From: an uncultured Clostridia bacterium
GTDB taxonomy: Bacteria > Bacillota > Clostridia > Christensenellales > UBA1242
Assembly (NCBI GenBank): GCA_944381145.1
Contig: CALWJZ010000004.1
Location: 13,314-77,313 of the forward strand
Direction: 5' to 3'
Length of the DNA: 64,000 bases
Position 1 is the first letter of the stretch; each line of letters begins with the position of its first letter. The notes beneath the pieces were generated by a model. It saw only the letters and a list, made by a program, of their open reading frames with translations, searched no databases and had not been told where the DNA came from. Both the position numbers and the translations under genes were made by a program. Below, piece by piece: positions 1 to 8,848 of the stretch.

Positions 1-748
1 AATCATTTTTTAATGCAGTAGATGATAGACAATATCCAGCAGGATCTGTAAATCCAGTTTTCCCCGTTTGACAATAATTATAATACTTTATTAATCTATT
101 TGTATTCACAAGTTCTGTTTCTCTACCACTAGGGTGAATTAATTTATCCATCCAAATTTGACAATCATCTTTATATAAATCATACTTACTTACTTCATTT
201 AATAAAATTGCAGTATCAAGTGCTGTACTATATTGCTTTTCTCCCTCAAGCCCTGTTGCATTTGAATAAAGAGTATTTTCCATTGATAATTCTTTGGCCC
301 TATTATTCATTATATTTACAAATTCTTCTTCTGTACCTGCAATCCCCTCAGCTAAAACTATAGCACTATCATTTGCTGAAGCAACAATTACACTTTTGAG
401 CAAGTCTCTAATTGAATATTCACTACCAGCATCTAAGAAAGCCTGACTACCTTCAGCTTCACTTGCATGAACACTAACCATAAATTTATCATCTAATGAG
501 ATATTTCCATTTTCAATATTTTCTAGAGTTATAAGAGTTGTCATTAATTTACAAATACTTGCTACTTCTCTTTTATCACTAGAATTTTTTTCAATTAGGA
601 TATTTCCACTATTGTCAATAACTACATAACTTTTTGAACTTATATCATCAAATGTTTTTGCATCAACTTCTATCGAATTGTTTGTACAAAAAAGCACAGT
701 AGAAATAATAAGCAAAAAACTGAAGAAAACATGTAATAATCTTTTCAT
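1..748 (-). CDS. D-alanyl-D-alanine carboxypeptidase (serine-type, PBP5/DacB-DacF-like); C-terminus lies beyond the window start
   Basis: The frame runs off the window, so it is missing from the ORF track. Own translation from ATG 748..746 (AAGGAG 6 nt upstream) gives MKRLLHVFFSFLLIISTVLFC... (signal peptide), then SxxK (ASICK), SxN (SAND) and KTG (QTGKTGFT) in canonical order. Confidence 0.8.
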   Translation of the reverse strand, partial: MKRLLHVFFSFLLIISTVLFCTNNSIEVDAKTFDDISSKSYVVIDNSGNILIEKNSSDKREVASICKLMTTLITLENIENGNISLDDKFMVSVHASEAEGSQAFLDAGSEYSIRDLLKSVIVASANDSAIVLAEGIAGTEEEFVNIMNNRAKELSMENTLYSNATGLEGEKQYSTALDTAILLNEVSKYDLYKDDCQIWMDKLIHPSGRETELVNTNRLIKYYNYCQTGKTGFTDPAGYCLSSTALKND

Positions 749-823
749 ATAATACTCCTTTATTACTTATAGTGTGTATCTTTTTTTTCAATTTATGTAT
801 ATAATTTGAATTTAAAAATACAA

Positions 824-852
824 CAAAAAAGCGAACATATAATTTGTTCGCT
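824..852 (-). terminator. Intrinsic terminator after the lipoprotein gene
   Basis: Minus-strand hairpin AGCGAAC/GTTCGCT (830-836 / 846-852) followed by a U-run (A-run 824-830 on plus). Confidence 0.6.
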
Positions 853-864
853 AACAATAAAATA

Positions 865-2808
865 TTATAAAATACTAAAATTTAATAAATAAAGTAATGG
901 TATTTCATCAAGTTTTGTACCATTCATATCGTAGTACTCAAATGATAATGAAAAAATATTTTTGTTAATATTAATTTTTATTTCGTTAAATTCGTTAATA
1001 ATTAACAGATTATTACATACATTTAATCTTCCAACATTATCTATTACTTCTCCTGTTGTAGAAACCTCATAAGAAAAATTTGTAAATGAATTTGTAATAA
1101 TTTCGGTATCATCTATAGAAGAATATTTAAAATCATTTGCTTCACTAGAACTTTCAAAAATTGATCCCAAATTCCCGTACGCATTTACACTTGGTATATC
1201 ATTAATTATAAGATACCCTTCTTTGCTTACCATTTCATTTGTTGGTTCGCCTCCAACAAAAGTTCCATCAGGCAATGTAACCCCAAAACTTCCATCATCA
1301 AATTCAAATTGTTGATTCTCTAGAATATTACTCGAATTTCCAATTGCATTAACCAAAATATTTAATTGTACTTGATTTGCATCTTCAATTGTAGAAAAAC
1401 ACAATGATATATTTGAAAAACTAAAACTATCTTGGCTATATTTACTCTCATCAATTTTTGGAAGTAAAATTATTTCTGAAATTTTTCTTGCACTTCCTAC
1501 TTTTATAGTTTGATTTTTTAAATCTTCTAGAGTATCTTCATATGAATTATCTTCATCAAAATCAAAATCTTCATCGCTGTAGTCAGGAGTTTCATCTTGT
1601 GTCTCTTCAGCGTCACAAACATCTTCTAAATTATCAAAGAATATATATTCTTTTCTTTTTAAAATCGGATAAAGAGTTGAATTCCAATTAACACCAGAAT
1701 AGCAATAATTGCCAGAAACTATAGCATTACTGCCAGATATTATCATTTTGAAAGCATTTGACACTAATTCAGGTAATATTTTTTCATAAGCTTTATAAAC
1801 TTCAAAAGATTTGTAATTTTGCTCAGTTACTGTATTTAAATTAGTACCATTAAAAACAAATTTTGCATTATTAATAGAATTTGATACATTGGTTTCGCCT
1901 ATAACGCTATAAGCTAAGTAGTACAAAACGTTCCACATGTACGATTGTGAAAAGCCTATAAAATCTATGTTTGCATTGTCAACAAGTGACGCATTAAAAG
2001 AATTGTAATAATTTTTCAATACAATATCGTTTAAAGTTAAATTATCGCTTATATTTGCAGGGTTTATGCTATTCAAATATATATATTTCAATGGACCAAT
2101 TAAATCATCTGAACTGTTCAAAACTTTTTTCCATTTATTTTGAGTTAAGATAACGTCTGTATATTCAAATGTTATTGATTCATATACAGGATTTCCCTGT
2201 TGGTCATATATTGGATTATTGCTTTCATCTAACGCAGGAACTTTGTTTGTTATGACTAATTCATAACCACCTTGCATAGAATTTTGATATTTCAATGTTG
2301 ATAGTTCATTATAAATATTTTGTTGTACTAAACTTTCAAAAGTGTAAGTTAACTCCTGATTATCACTTTTGTAATTAAGTAGACTTCCATTAAATGTATT
2401 ATCACCATATGCAAATTTTAATGACTCATACAAAATTTTGGAAAGTGTTTCAAATTGTCTATCAATTAAAAAATTAAAATTGACATCTAAATTTGTATAA
2501 TTATCAAAAAAAGAAATTGATTCATTATCTATATCATAGACACCAATAGCACCCATAAAAACATCATTATAATCGTCAATAGTGTTTTCTAAAGCACCTT
2601 CATATGGATTATCAAATCCAGGTATTTCAGTACTGCCTGAACCACTTCCAGAGCCAGAACCAGAACCAGACCCAGAACCAGGGCTTCCCCCACCCATCGA
2701 CGAACCAAAACCTAGACAACCACTTAACGAAAAACAACTTAATATACAAATAAGTAGTATTGTAATATATCTAAAAGCAGATTTATTTTTCATTAGTTTT
2801 CTATCCAT
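865..2808 (-). CDS. Large lipoprotein of unknown function (647 aa)
   Basis: Signal peptide with lipobox LSGC, followed by a G/S linker including (GS)8. N/D/Y-rich mature part. SD-like AGGGATAGGG sits before the ATG. I recognise no family. Confidence 0.6.
   Translation of the reverse strand: MDRKLMKNKSAFRYITILLICILSCFSLSGCLGFGSSMGGGSPGSGSGSGSGSGSGSGSTEIPGFDNPYEGALENTIDDYNDVFMGAIGVYDIDNESISFFDNYTNLDVNFNFLIDRQFETLSKILYESLKFAYGDNTFNGSLLNYKSDNQELTYTFESLVQQNIYNELSTLKYQNSMQGGYELVITNKVPALDESNNPIYDQQGNPVYESITFEYTDVILTQNKWKKVLNSSDDLIGPLKYIYLNSINPANISDNLTLNDIVLKNYYNSFNASLVDNANIDFIGFSQSYMWNVLYYLAYSVIGETNVSNSINNAKFVFNGTNLNTVTEQNYKSFEVYKAYEKILPELVSNAFKMIISGSNAIVSGNYCYSGVNWNSTLYPILKRKEYIFFDNLEDVCDAEETQDETPDYSDEDFDFDEDNSYEDTLEDLKNQTIKVGSARKISEIILLPKIDESKYSQDSFSFSNISLCFSTIEDANQVQLNILVNAIGNSSNILENQQFEFDDGSFGVTLPDGTFVGGEPTNEMVSKEGYLIINDIPSVNAYGNLGSIFESSSEANDFKYSSIDDTEIITNSFTNFSYEVSTTGEVIDNVGRLNVCNNLLIINEFNEIKININKNIFSLSFEYYDMNGTKLDEIPLLYLLNFSIL
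2632..2679 (-). repeat. (GS)8 low-complexity coding repeat in the lipoprotein linker
   Basis: Residues 44-59 are GSGSGSGSGSGSGSGS, encoded by imperfect GGT/GGC/GGA-TCT/AGT/TCA hexanucleotide repeats. Confidence 0.9.
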
Positions 2809-2872
2809 ACCCTATCCCTTAATAATATATTCAAGAGTAGTTTACCACAATTTTTAAAATAAATCTAACAAA

Positions 2873-3487
2873 TCACTCCACAATTACAAATATATGAATT
2901 ATCGAAAAAAATATCGAAAGAAAAAACAATAATATTAATGCTAAACTTATAACAAAAAGATATTGTTTTTTATAGGTTTGAATACTAACATTTCCACAAG
3001 ATTTTGATAAATATCTTTTACAATTTATTGATATAATACATAAATACAATATGAAAATACATATTCCTAATAAACCATACACTAAAATACCTAATATAAT
3101 TCCAGCTAAACCTAAACATAAAATAATTATACATAAATCAAATCCAAAAATATATGAAATAAAAAAAATAATTAAACAGTTAAATACTATTAATAATTTT
3201 GTTTTTATTAGCAAAATTGTAAGAAAACATAAAATGATAAAAAAAATAGACATTATCAAAAAAAATGAAAAAAAATTAATTTCATTTTTTAAAAAATCCA
3301 ATAAAAATTTATTAATTATATTATCAGTTGTTAAATCACTAGAATATTTTGAACAATTAAGTATTCCTGTCAAAAAACCTATTAAGAATAAAATAAAAAA
3401 TACAAGTAAACAATATTTATAATTATTTATAAATCTTCTTGCTATACTTGTTAAATTATATTTTAATTTATAAAAATTTTCTTTCAT
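2873..3487 (-). CDS. Polytopic membrane protein, possibly SpoIIM-like
   Basis: 204 aa. Short cytosolic N-terminus, one TM, a ~30 aa loop, then about 4 TM. This topology and size resemble stage II sporulation protein M, and it lies next to spo0A. The assignment rests on topology only. Confidence 0.35.
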   Translation of the reverse strand: MKENFYKLKYNLTSIARRFINNYKYCLLVFFILFLIGFLTGILNCSKYSSDLTTDNIINKFLLDFLKNEINFFSFFLIMSIFFIILCFLTILLIKTKLLIVFNCLIIFFISYIFGFDLCIIILCLGLAGIILGILVYGLLGICIFILYLCIISINCKRYLSKSCGNVSIQTYKKQYLFVISLALILLFFLSIFFSIIHIFVIVE

Positions 3488-3523
3488 ATTAAAATATATG
3501 AAAAATAAAAATAATTAATTCTC

Positions 3524-4249
3524 TTAAATTTCACTATTTCTAGCTTTTATTTTCTCTATCAGATATCGTAAAAATGCACGATTAGTTACTTTTTTATTTC
3601 TAATTAAATCAACATCAAATGCTTCTGGAAAATTCTTTTTTGCTTTCTTTATTGCAATACGAATACATTTCTCAACATTGCTGATTGTAGTCATAAATTT
3701 ATTTGCTATATAAGGATATACTTTTGCATTCAATTGAAGTGAATTATTTTCTTGATTTAATCCTAGTATCAAACATTCCTTTAGATAGGTGTAACCAATA
3801 TGTTTTGGAGATATTTTGAACTTTAATAATGCATCAACAATATTTTCCATTAAATTTGATTTAGGACTGGTTTGCCCATTATATTCTATTTTTTTCTTTT
3901 CATATATTTCAAAAAATGTATTTTTTATGTTTTCATAATTAGTTTTATAAGCATTTTCGTCTTCAATTTTAATATTTAAATTAAAGTTGTCATTTAGAAA
4001 TACAAAAATAATATTACCTTTATTTTTGTATTCACAAAACTGCAAAATTAATTGAATAAATTTAAAATACTTCAAATCAATTAGTAATATACATTTATCA
4101 TGCTCCATCATATAAAATAACAATTGCTTTAAATTATCAATATAATTTAAATTTATTTTTATACTATTACATTTATTTCTCATTTTATATGCGTAGGTCA
4201 TATCTTTGGTAAAAATAGCAACATCTATTTTTATGTTTTCAAAACTCAT
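3524..4249 (-). CDS. spo0A: Spo0A-family sporulation transcription factor with atypical receiver domain
   Basis: The C-terminal half matches the Spo0A effector domain: HIGYTYLKECL...KVYPYIANKFMTTISNVEKCIRIAIKKA...KKVTNRAFLRYLIEKI. Start moved to ATG 4249 (AGGAAA 6 nt upstream), not the ORF-track start 4291. Confidence 0.8.
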   Translation of the reverse strand: MSFENIKIDVAIFTKDMTYAYKMRNKCNSIKINLNYIDNLKQLLFYMMEHDKCILLIDLKYFKFIQLILQFCEYKNKGNIIFVFLNDNFNLNIKIEDENAYKTNYENIKNTFFEIYEKKKIEYNGQTSPKSNLMENIVDALLKFKISPKHIGYTYLKECLILGLNQENNSLQLNAKVYPYIANKFMTTISNVEKCIRIAIKKAKKNFPEAFDVDLIRNKKVTNRAFLRYLIEKIKARNSEI

Positions 4250-4336
4250 ATTTATTTCCTGATGTATGAAAAATTCTGTTAGAATTATCATAGATTTTAC
4301 TTATTTTACCATATTTTTCCAATTTATACAAATATT

Positions 4337-4364
4337 TTGTACAATATTGTACAAATTTGTACAA
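4337..4364. promoter_or_regulatory. Three TTGTACAA palindromes at exact 10-bp phasing upstream of spo0A (candidate operator)
   Basis: TTGTACAA occurs at 4337-4344, 4347-4354 and 4357-4364. A degenerate TTATACAA lies at 4324-4331. The array sits 88-115 nt upstream of the spo0A start. Confidence 0.5.
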
Positions 4365-4400
4365 AAATATATCATATTATAAAATAAAAAATTATAATAT

Positions 4401-4426
4401 AAAAAAAATTGACGATTTCTCGTCAA
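4401..4426 (-). terminator. Intrinsic terminator after rplS
   Basis: Minus-strand hairpin TTGACGAGAAATCGTCAA followed by a U-run. Confidence 0.7.
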
Positions 4427-4457
4427 CCTAAAATAATTTTTAATTAAATAAATATTT

Positions 4458-4799
4458 TTATCTTTTTTCTTTAATCTTAGCGGCTTTTCCAGACAAATCT
4501 TTCAAATAGTATAATTTTGCGCGTCTTACTTTACCTTTTTTTACCACCTCTATTTTATCAATACGAGGAGAATGAACAGGGAAAGTTTTTTCAACGCCAA
4601 CACCAAAAGATATTCTTCTTACTGTAAATGTTTCTCTAACGCTAGAGTTCTTTCTAGAAATAACAATGCCTTCGAATACTTGAATTCTTTCTCTAGTACC
4701 CTCAACAATTTTGTTATACACTTTAACAGTATCACCAACATTAAATTCAGGAATTTCAGGTTTTAAATTCTCCCTTTCTAATGCTTCAATAAGTGTCAT
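4458..4799 (-). CDS. rplS: 50S ribosomal protein L19
   Basis: [27 protein letters not shown]...[11 protein letters not shown]. The AGGAGG lies inside the ORF-track N-terminal extension, 8 nt before ATG 4799, so the shorter start is used. Confidence 0.95.
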   Translation of the reverse strand: MTLIEALERENLKPEIPEFNVGDTVKVYNKIVEGTRERIQVFEGIVISRKNSSVRETFTVRRISFGVGVEKTFPVHSPRIDKIEVVKKGKVRRAKLYYLKDLSGKAAKIKEKR

Positions 4800-4873
4800 T
4801 GTGACTTTACCTCCTATCATACTAAATGTTCATACAAAATATCATTTTCAGAGGAACATCCGAAGTCTTAAAA

Positions 4874-4902
4874 ATGATATCATATAAACATACAAAAATC
4901 AA
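4874..4902 (-). promoter_or_regulatory. Candidate sigma-A promoter for rplS (TTGATT-17-TATCAT) ahead of a hairpin-containing 5' UTR
   Basis: Read on the minus strand: TTGATT (4902-4897), 17-nt spacer, TATCAT (4879-4874). The downstream leader contains ATGTTC...GAACAT with a nested AAAAT/ATTTT hairpin. Confidence 0.4.
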
Positions 4903-5079
4903 GCCTTTTTTGCTAAAAAATTTAACTTATTAAATATCGACTTAATTTTGAAATTATATTAATTGGTGCCTACAAAAAACAATCTAAATAAATCAATTCA
5001 TTTGATAAATAAGAATTATAATTTCTACAATAAATCCTATTTTTTTCATGTTTATGCAAATAACTTACAAATTATGCTA

Positions 5080-5436
5080 TCAAAAGCAATTTTTCAAATG
5101 AATAATATCATTATCTATTATTTCTATAACATCACATCTACAAGGGCTAGATAATTGCTTTGTCATTTTTAAATATTGAGTAGCAACAATTCTTATTTTA
5201 TTTTGCTTACTACGATTCACTGCTTCTCTAGGCAATCCAAAATCATTACTTGACCTATATTTTACTTCAACAAAAACAATAACGCTTTTTTGTTTTGCAA
5301 TAATATCAATTTCGCCAATACTTGTCTTGAAATTTGTTTCTAATATTTTATATTTATTTTTTTTTAAAAAATTAAGAGCAATTTTTTCTCCTGAATCACC
5401 GTTTATTTTGTTAAAACTTTTTTTTGGAAATAACAT
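5080..5436 (-). CDS. yraN: YraN-family endonuclease (UPF0102)
   Basis: GEKIALNFLKKNKYKILETNFKTSIGEIDIIAK...VFVEVKYRSS matches the family pattern. It sits in the usual position after rnhB. Confidence 0.85.
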   Translation of the reverse strand: MLFPKKSFNKINGDSGEKIALNFLKKNKYKILETNFKTSIGEIDIIAKQKSVIVFVEVKYRSSNDFGLPREAVNRSKQNKIRIVATQYLKMTKQLSSPCRCDVIEIIDNDIIHLKNCF

Positions 5437-5438
5437 AT

Positions 5439-6041
5439 TTAACCTATATCTACAAAATTTTTTATAAAAGTTTTTCTATGAATTTTACACGGTCCGAAAG
5501 TCTTTAGATTTTCTATATGCTCTTTTGTTCCATAACCTTTGTGTTTCTTAAAGTTATAGTTGGGATATTTTTTGTCAATTTCAACCATTAATTTATCTCT
5601 TGATACTTTTGCTAAAATTGACGCACAAGCAATTGAATAACTTAAGGCATCTCCTTTTATAATTGGTTCATATGGAATATCAATATCTAATTTTACTGCA
5701 TCTATAAGAATATAATTTGGTTTTGTTTTTATATTATTAATACAATTTTTCATGCCTAACTTTGTTGCATTTAATATATTTATTTTATCAATTGTTTCTT
5801 CGTCTATAAATTCAATTTGATAATCTATTGCTTTAGAAATAATTTCTTCATATAACTTATCACGCATTTTTGCTGATAATTTTTTGCTATCATTAACTTT
5901 TTCTATAATATTCTTTTTGTCAAGTGGCATTATAACCATTGCAACACATACAGGTCCAGCCAAAGGCCCTCTACCAGCCTCATCAATACCAGCAATTAAT
6001 TTATATCCAGAATTTAATGCTTTATTTTCATAATCAAACAT
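5439..6041 (-). CDS. rnhB: Ribonuclease HII
   Basis: GIDEAGRGPLAGPV motif, about 200 aa, and synteny with rbgA. Confidence 0.93.
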   Translation of the reverse strand: MFDYENKALNSGYKLIAGIDEAGRGPLAGPVCVAMVIMPLDKKNIIEKVNDSKKLSAKMRDKLYEEIISKAIDYQIEFIDEETIDKINILNATKLGMKNCINNIKTKPNYILIDAVKLDIDIPYEPIIKGDALSYSIACASILAKVSRDKLMVEIDKKYPNYNFKKHKGYGTKEHIENLKTFGPCKIHRKTFIKNFVDIG

Positions 6042-6956
6042 CTAAATTACCTTTTTGTCTTTTTTTGTTAATTCTTTTATTTGTTCAACACTCTCAAGAG
6101 TTATATTACCTAGTCTGCCTTGCTTAAAATCAGAAATAATTGCAAAGCAACACCTATCATAATCATAATCTCCACCACGCAAAATGTATTTTCTAGACAT
6201 ACAAATATTTTCTAATATTTCCAAGTTTGATTGAGACTCATCAATTATAATATTATATCTAGTTTCTAATATATTTTTATCCATTTTTTTGATATCATCA
6301 ATAAACTCTAATGCAAGTTCAGGAATATCAAGTACTTCTTCTTTGATACTGCCAATATAAGCCAAATGTTTAGCAACTATAGAATTTTCAAAAGACGGCC
6401 ACAAAGTTCCAGGCATATCAAGTAATTCAATACCACTTGCAATTTTAACCCATTGTTTACCCTTAGTTACTCCAGGCTTATTTCCAGTTATTGTTTTTGC
6501 TTTTCCACATAAATTATTTATTAATGTACTTTTTCCACAATTCGGAACACCTATAACCATAGATCTAATTATCGGCATCATATTTTTCAGTTTTAGTTTT
6601 TCAATTTTATCTTTCAAAACATCTTTTATTGAACTTTCAACTTTTTTTGCACTACCACTAGTTGTACTATCCAAAGTTATACATCTTGTATTATCTTTTT
6701 TGAAATACTTTATCCATCCTTCGATTTTTGATTTGTCAGCCATATCATATTTGTTAAATACATATATAATAGGCTTATTACCTATCAAAGTTTCAAATTT
6801 TGGGTTAATGCACGAAAAAGGTGCCCTACTATCCAAAACATACAAAATGCAATCAACCAATTTGATTTCTTTCTCCATAAGCTTGAAAGCTTTGTTCATA
6901 TGTCCTGGATACCAGTTTATTTTTAAATTTGATGTTTTATTATTTACAGATTCTAT
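6042..6956 (-). CDS. rbgA: Ribosome biogenesis GTPase A (YlqF/RbgA); 5' end extended to an in-frame non-AUG codon
   Basis: Circularly permuted GTPase (NKYD...GVPNCGKSTLIN...DMPG). The conserved N-terminal W(F/Y)PGHM motif (INWYPGHM) is encoded in frame upstream of the first ATG (6899). The frame opens at ATA 6956-6954, directly after a TAA and 8 nt after GGAAG. Confidence 0.88.
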   Translation of the reverse strand: MESVNNKTSNLKINWYPGHMNKAFKLMEKEIKLVDCILYVLDSRAPFSCINPKFETLIGNKPIIYVFNKYDMADKSKIEGWIKYFKKDNTRCITLDSTTSGSAKKVESSIKDVLKDKIEKLKLKNMMPIIRSMVIGVPNCGKSTLINNLCGKAKTITGNKPGVTKGKQWVKIASGIELLDMPGTLWPSFENSIVAKHLAYIGSIKEEVLDIPELALEFIDDIKKMDKNILETRYNIIIDESQSNLEILENICMSRKYILRGGDYDYDRCCFAIISDFKQGRLGNITLESVEQIKELTKKDKKVI

Positions 6957-7060
6957 TTAGATCACTTCCTTTCACTATAGAATTTTATATGTTTCAAACA
7001 AAATACAAATTTTACATATCATTATAAAAAACATATGTAAAAATATAAACAACAATTTTG

Positions 7061-7735
7061 TTATTTATCTAACAAATCTGGTCTCAGTTGTCTAGTTTCT
7101 TGTTCTTTTTGTGAAGATTTCCACTTTTCTATTTCTTTATGATTACCATTTATCAAAACCTCCGGAACACATAACCCCATAAATTCTCTTGGACGGGTAT
7201 ACTGAGGGTGTTCCAATAAATTTTCTTTAGAAAAACTTTCATCTTCTACACTTGTATTGCTTCCCAAGACATTTGGAATATATCTAAGTACAGAATCAAC
7301 CAAAACCATTGCTGGTAATTCTCCACCAGTCAAAACATAATCACCTATACTTAGTTGTTCATCAACACATAGATCAATAATTCTTTGATCAATACCTTCA
7401 TAATGTCCACAAACTATAATTAAATGTTCATATTCTTTTGCAAAATTTTTCACTTTTGATTGATTAAGAACTGAACCTTTTGGTGACATGTATATTACAT
7501 GACTATCAGATTTTTTTACACTCATAATTGCGTCATAAAGAGGTTGTGGTGTCATCAACATACCATCACCACCTCCAAATACATAATCATCAACTTTTTT
7601 GTGCTTATCTAATGAAAAATCGCGAATATTAATTATATTTAATTCAAAGTATCCTTGATTCAACGCTCTGCCTATAATACTATGTTTCAAAGGCTCAAAC
7701 ATTTCAGGAAAAATAGTTAAAATATCAATTTTCAT
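7061..7735 (-). CDS. trmD: tRNA (guanine37-N1)-methyltransferase
   Basis: MKIDILTIFPEMFEPL... is a typical TrmD N-terminus, and the gene shows the expected synteny. ATG 7735 is preferred over the TTG at 7741. Confidence 0.93.
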   Translation of the reverse strand: MKIDILTIFPEMFEPLKHSIIGRALNQGYFELNIINIRDFSLDKHKKVDDYVFGGGDGMLMTPQPLYDAIMSVKKSDSHVIYMSPKGSVLNQSKVKNFAKEYEHLIIVCGHYEGIDQRIIDLCVDEQLSIGDYVLTGGELPAMVLVDSVLRYIPNVLGSNTSVEDESFSKENLLEHPQYTRPREFMGLCVPEVLINGNHKEIEKWKSSQKEQETRQLRPDLLDK

Positions 7736-8207
7736 ACACAACCACTTGATCGTAAATTTGTTTATTTAAAATTAATTTTTTATTTTTTTCATCTACACTT
7801 TCAATCAATCCGTCAATAACAGGCAACATACAAATTTTAGAATCTGCTTGGATAGTAAAAATATCTTTTGAACCAAAATTATTTATTTCAATAATTAATC
7901 CTTTTGTATTTTCAATTTGAACTTCGTAATTTAAAAAATCAAAATTATTACTATTTTCAATTTCGATTTCGGCATATAAGTGTTCATTTCTTAGGTTTTC
8001 TGCCTGATCACATGTATCTATACCTTTTACCTTTAAAATTGCAAAATTTTCTCTCAAAATAACATTTTCTACTTCAAAATTTTGATTTTGTATAAATACA
8101 TTTTTTAAATTTTTAAACTTTTTCAATTCATGAATTTTTGGTTTAACTCTAAATTGACCTTTTAGTGCTTGTGGCTTAGTTATAATTCCTATTAAAATTT
8201 TTTCCAT
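7725..8207 (-). CDS. rimM: 16S rRNA processing protein RimM
   Basis: MEKILIGIITKPQALKGQFRVK. Position between the KH protein and trmD. Confidence 0.85.
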   Translation of the reverse strand: MEKILIGIITKPQALKGQFRVKPKIHELKKFKNLKNVFIQNQNFEVENVILRENFAILKVKGIDTCDQAENLRNEHLYAEIEIENSNNFDFLNYEVQIENTKGLIIEINNFGSKDIFTIQADSKICMLPVIDGLIESVDEKNKKLILNKQIYDQVVVYEN

Positions 8208-8225
8208 ATACAAAAATAAGAGAAA

Positions 8226-8465
8226 TTAATCTCTTTCTCCTATTTTTACTATAAATCTTTTGCCTAATTTTGCACTAGCAGATTTAATAATAGTTCTAAT
8301 ACTACTAGCAACTTTGCCATTTCGACCAATAACTTTGCCAATATCATCTTTGGCAACCAAAACGGTCATTACTGAAACCTTTTCGCTTTCTTCTTTGGTT
8401 GTAATTTGTATATTTTCTTTGTCATCTACCAAATTACTAACAATAAATCTCAATAATTCTTCCAA
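8226..8465 (-). CDS. KH-domain RNA-binding protein (YlqC family)
   Basis: 79 aa with the GxxG-type KH motif VIGRNGKVASSIRTI. Conserved position after rpsP. Confidence 0.85.
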   Translation of the reverse strand: MEELLRFIVSNLVDDKENIQITTKEESEKVSVMTVLVAKDDIGKVIGRNGKVASSIRTIIKSASAKLGKRFIVKIGERD

Positions 8466-8483
8466 ATACTTGTACCTTCCTGA

Positions 8484-8780
8484 CTACTTACTTTCTTTTT
8501 TCTTTTTATCAGTTTTTGGCGCTCTTTTTGCTACTGGTTGCAAGATACCTTCTCTAACAAGTATTGTTCTTGCAGTTTCTGTTGGTTGTGCTCCATTAGA
8601 TAACCATTTTTTAGTTAATTCTACATCAAGTTTAATATCAGCAGGATCTACCAAAGGATTAAATGTACCTAACTTTTCTATGTAAGCACCATCTCTTGCT
8701 TTTCTAGAATCAGTAACAACTATTCTATAAAAAGGTGATTTTTTATCTCCCATACGTGTAAGTCTAATTTTAACTGCCAT
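8484..8780 (-). CDS. rpsP: 30S ribosomal protein S16
   Basis: [22 protein letters not shown]... Confidence 0.95.
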   Translation of the reverse strand: MAVKIRLTRMGDKKSPFYRIVVTDSRKARDGAYIEKLGTFNPLVDPADIKLDVELTKKWLSNGAQPTETARTILVREGILQPVAKRAPKTDKKKKESK

Positions 8781-8848
8781 AATTTTTCTCCTTATAATTT
8801 ATATTAATTTTTATTGGAATTATCCAAAAAAATTCAAAAACAATTTAT

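Noticed and set aside
663-857. 64-aa minus-strand ORF from the track
   Set aside because: It is out of frame with, and overlaps, the real start of the D-Ala-D-Ala carboxypeptidase gene (ATG 748). It also spans the terminator of the upstream gene, and its sequence is low-complexity.
2582-2857. 91-aa plus-strand ORF with a PEPEPEPDPEP repeat
   Set aside because: It is the mirror image of the (GS)n-coding repeat on the opposite strand of the lipoprotein gene, so it is an antisense artefact.
3051-3422. 123-aa plus-strand Lys/Ile-rich ORF
   Set aside because: It is antisense to the membrane-protein gene. Its composition is simply that of AT-rich DNA read in the wrong frame.
4963-5154. 63-aa plus-strand ORF in the yraN-rplS gap
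   Set aside because: It overlaps the yraN 3' end, has no SD, and is AT-rich low complexity.
8260-8685. 141-aa plus-strand ORF
   Set aside because: It is antisense to the well-supported KH-protein and rpsP genes.
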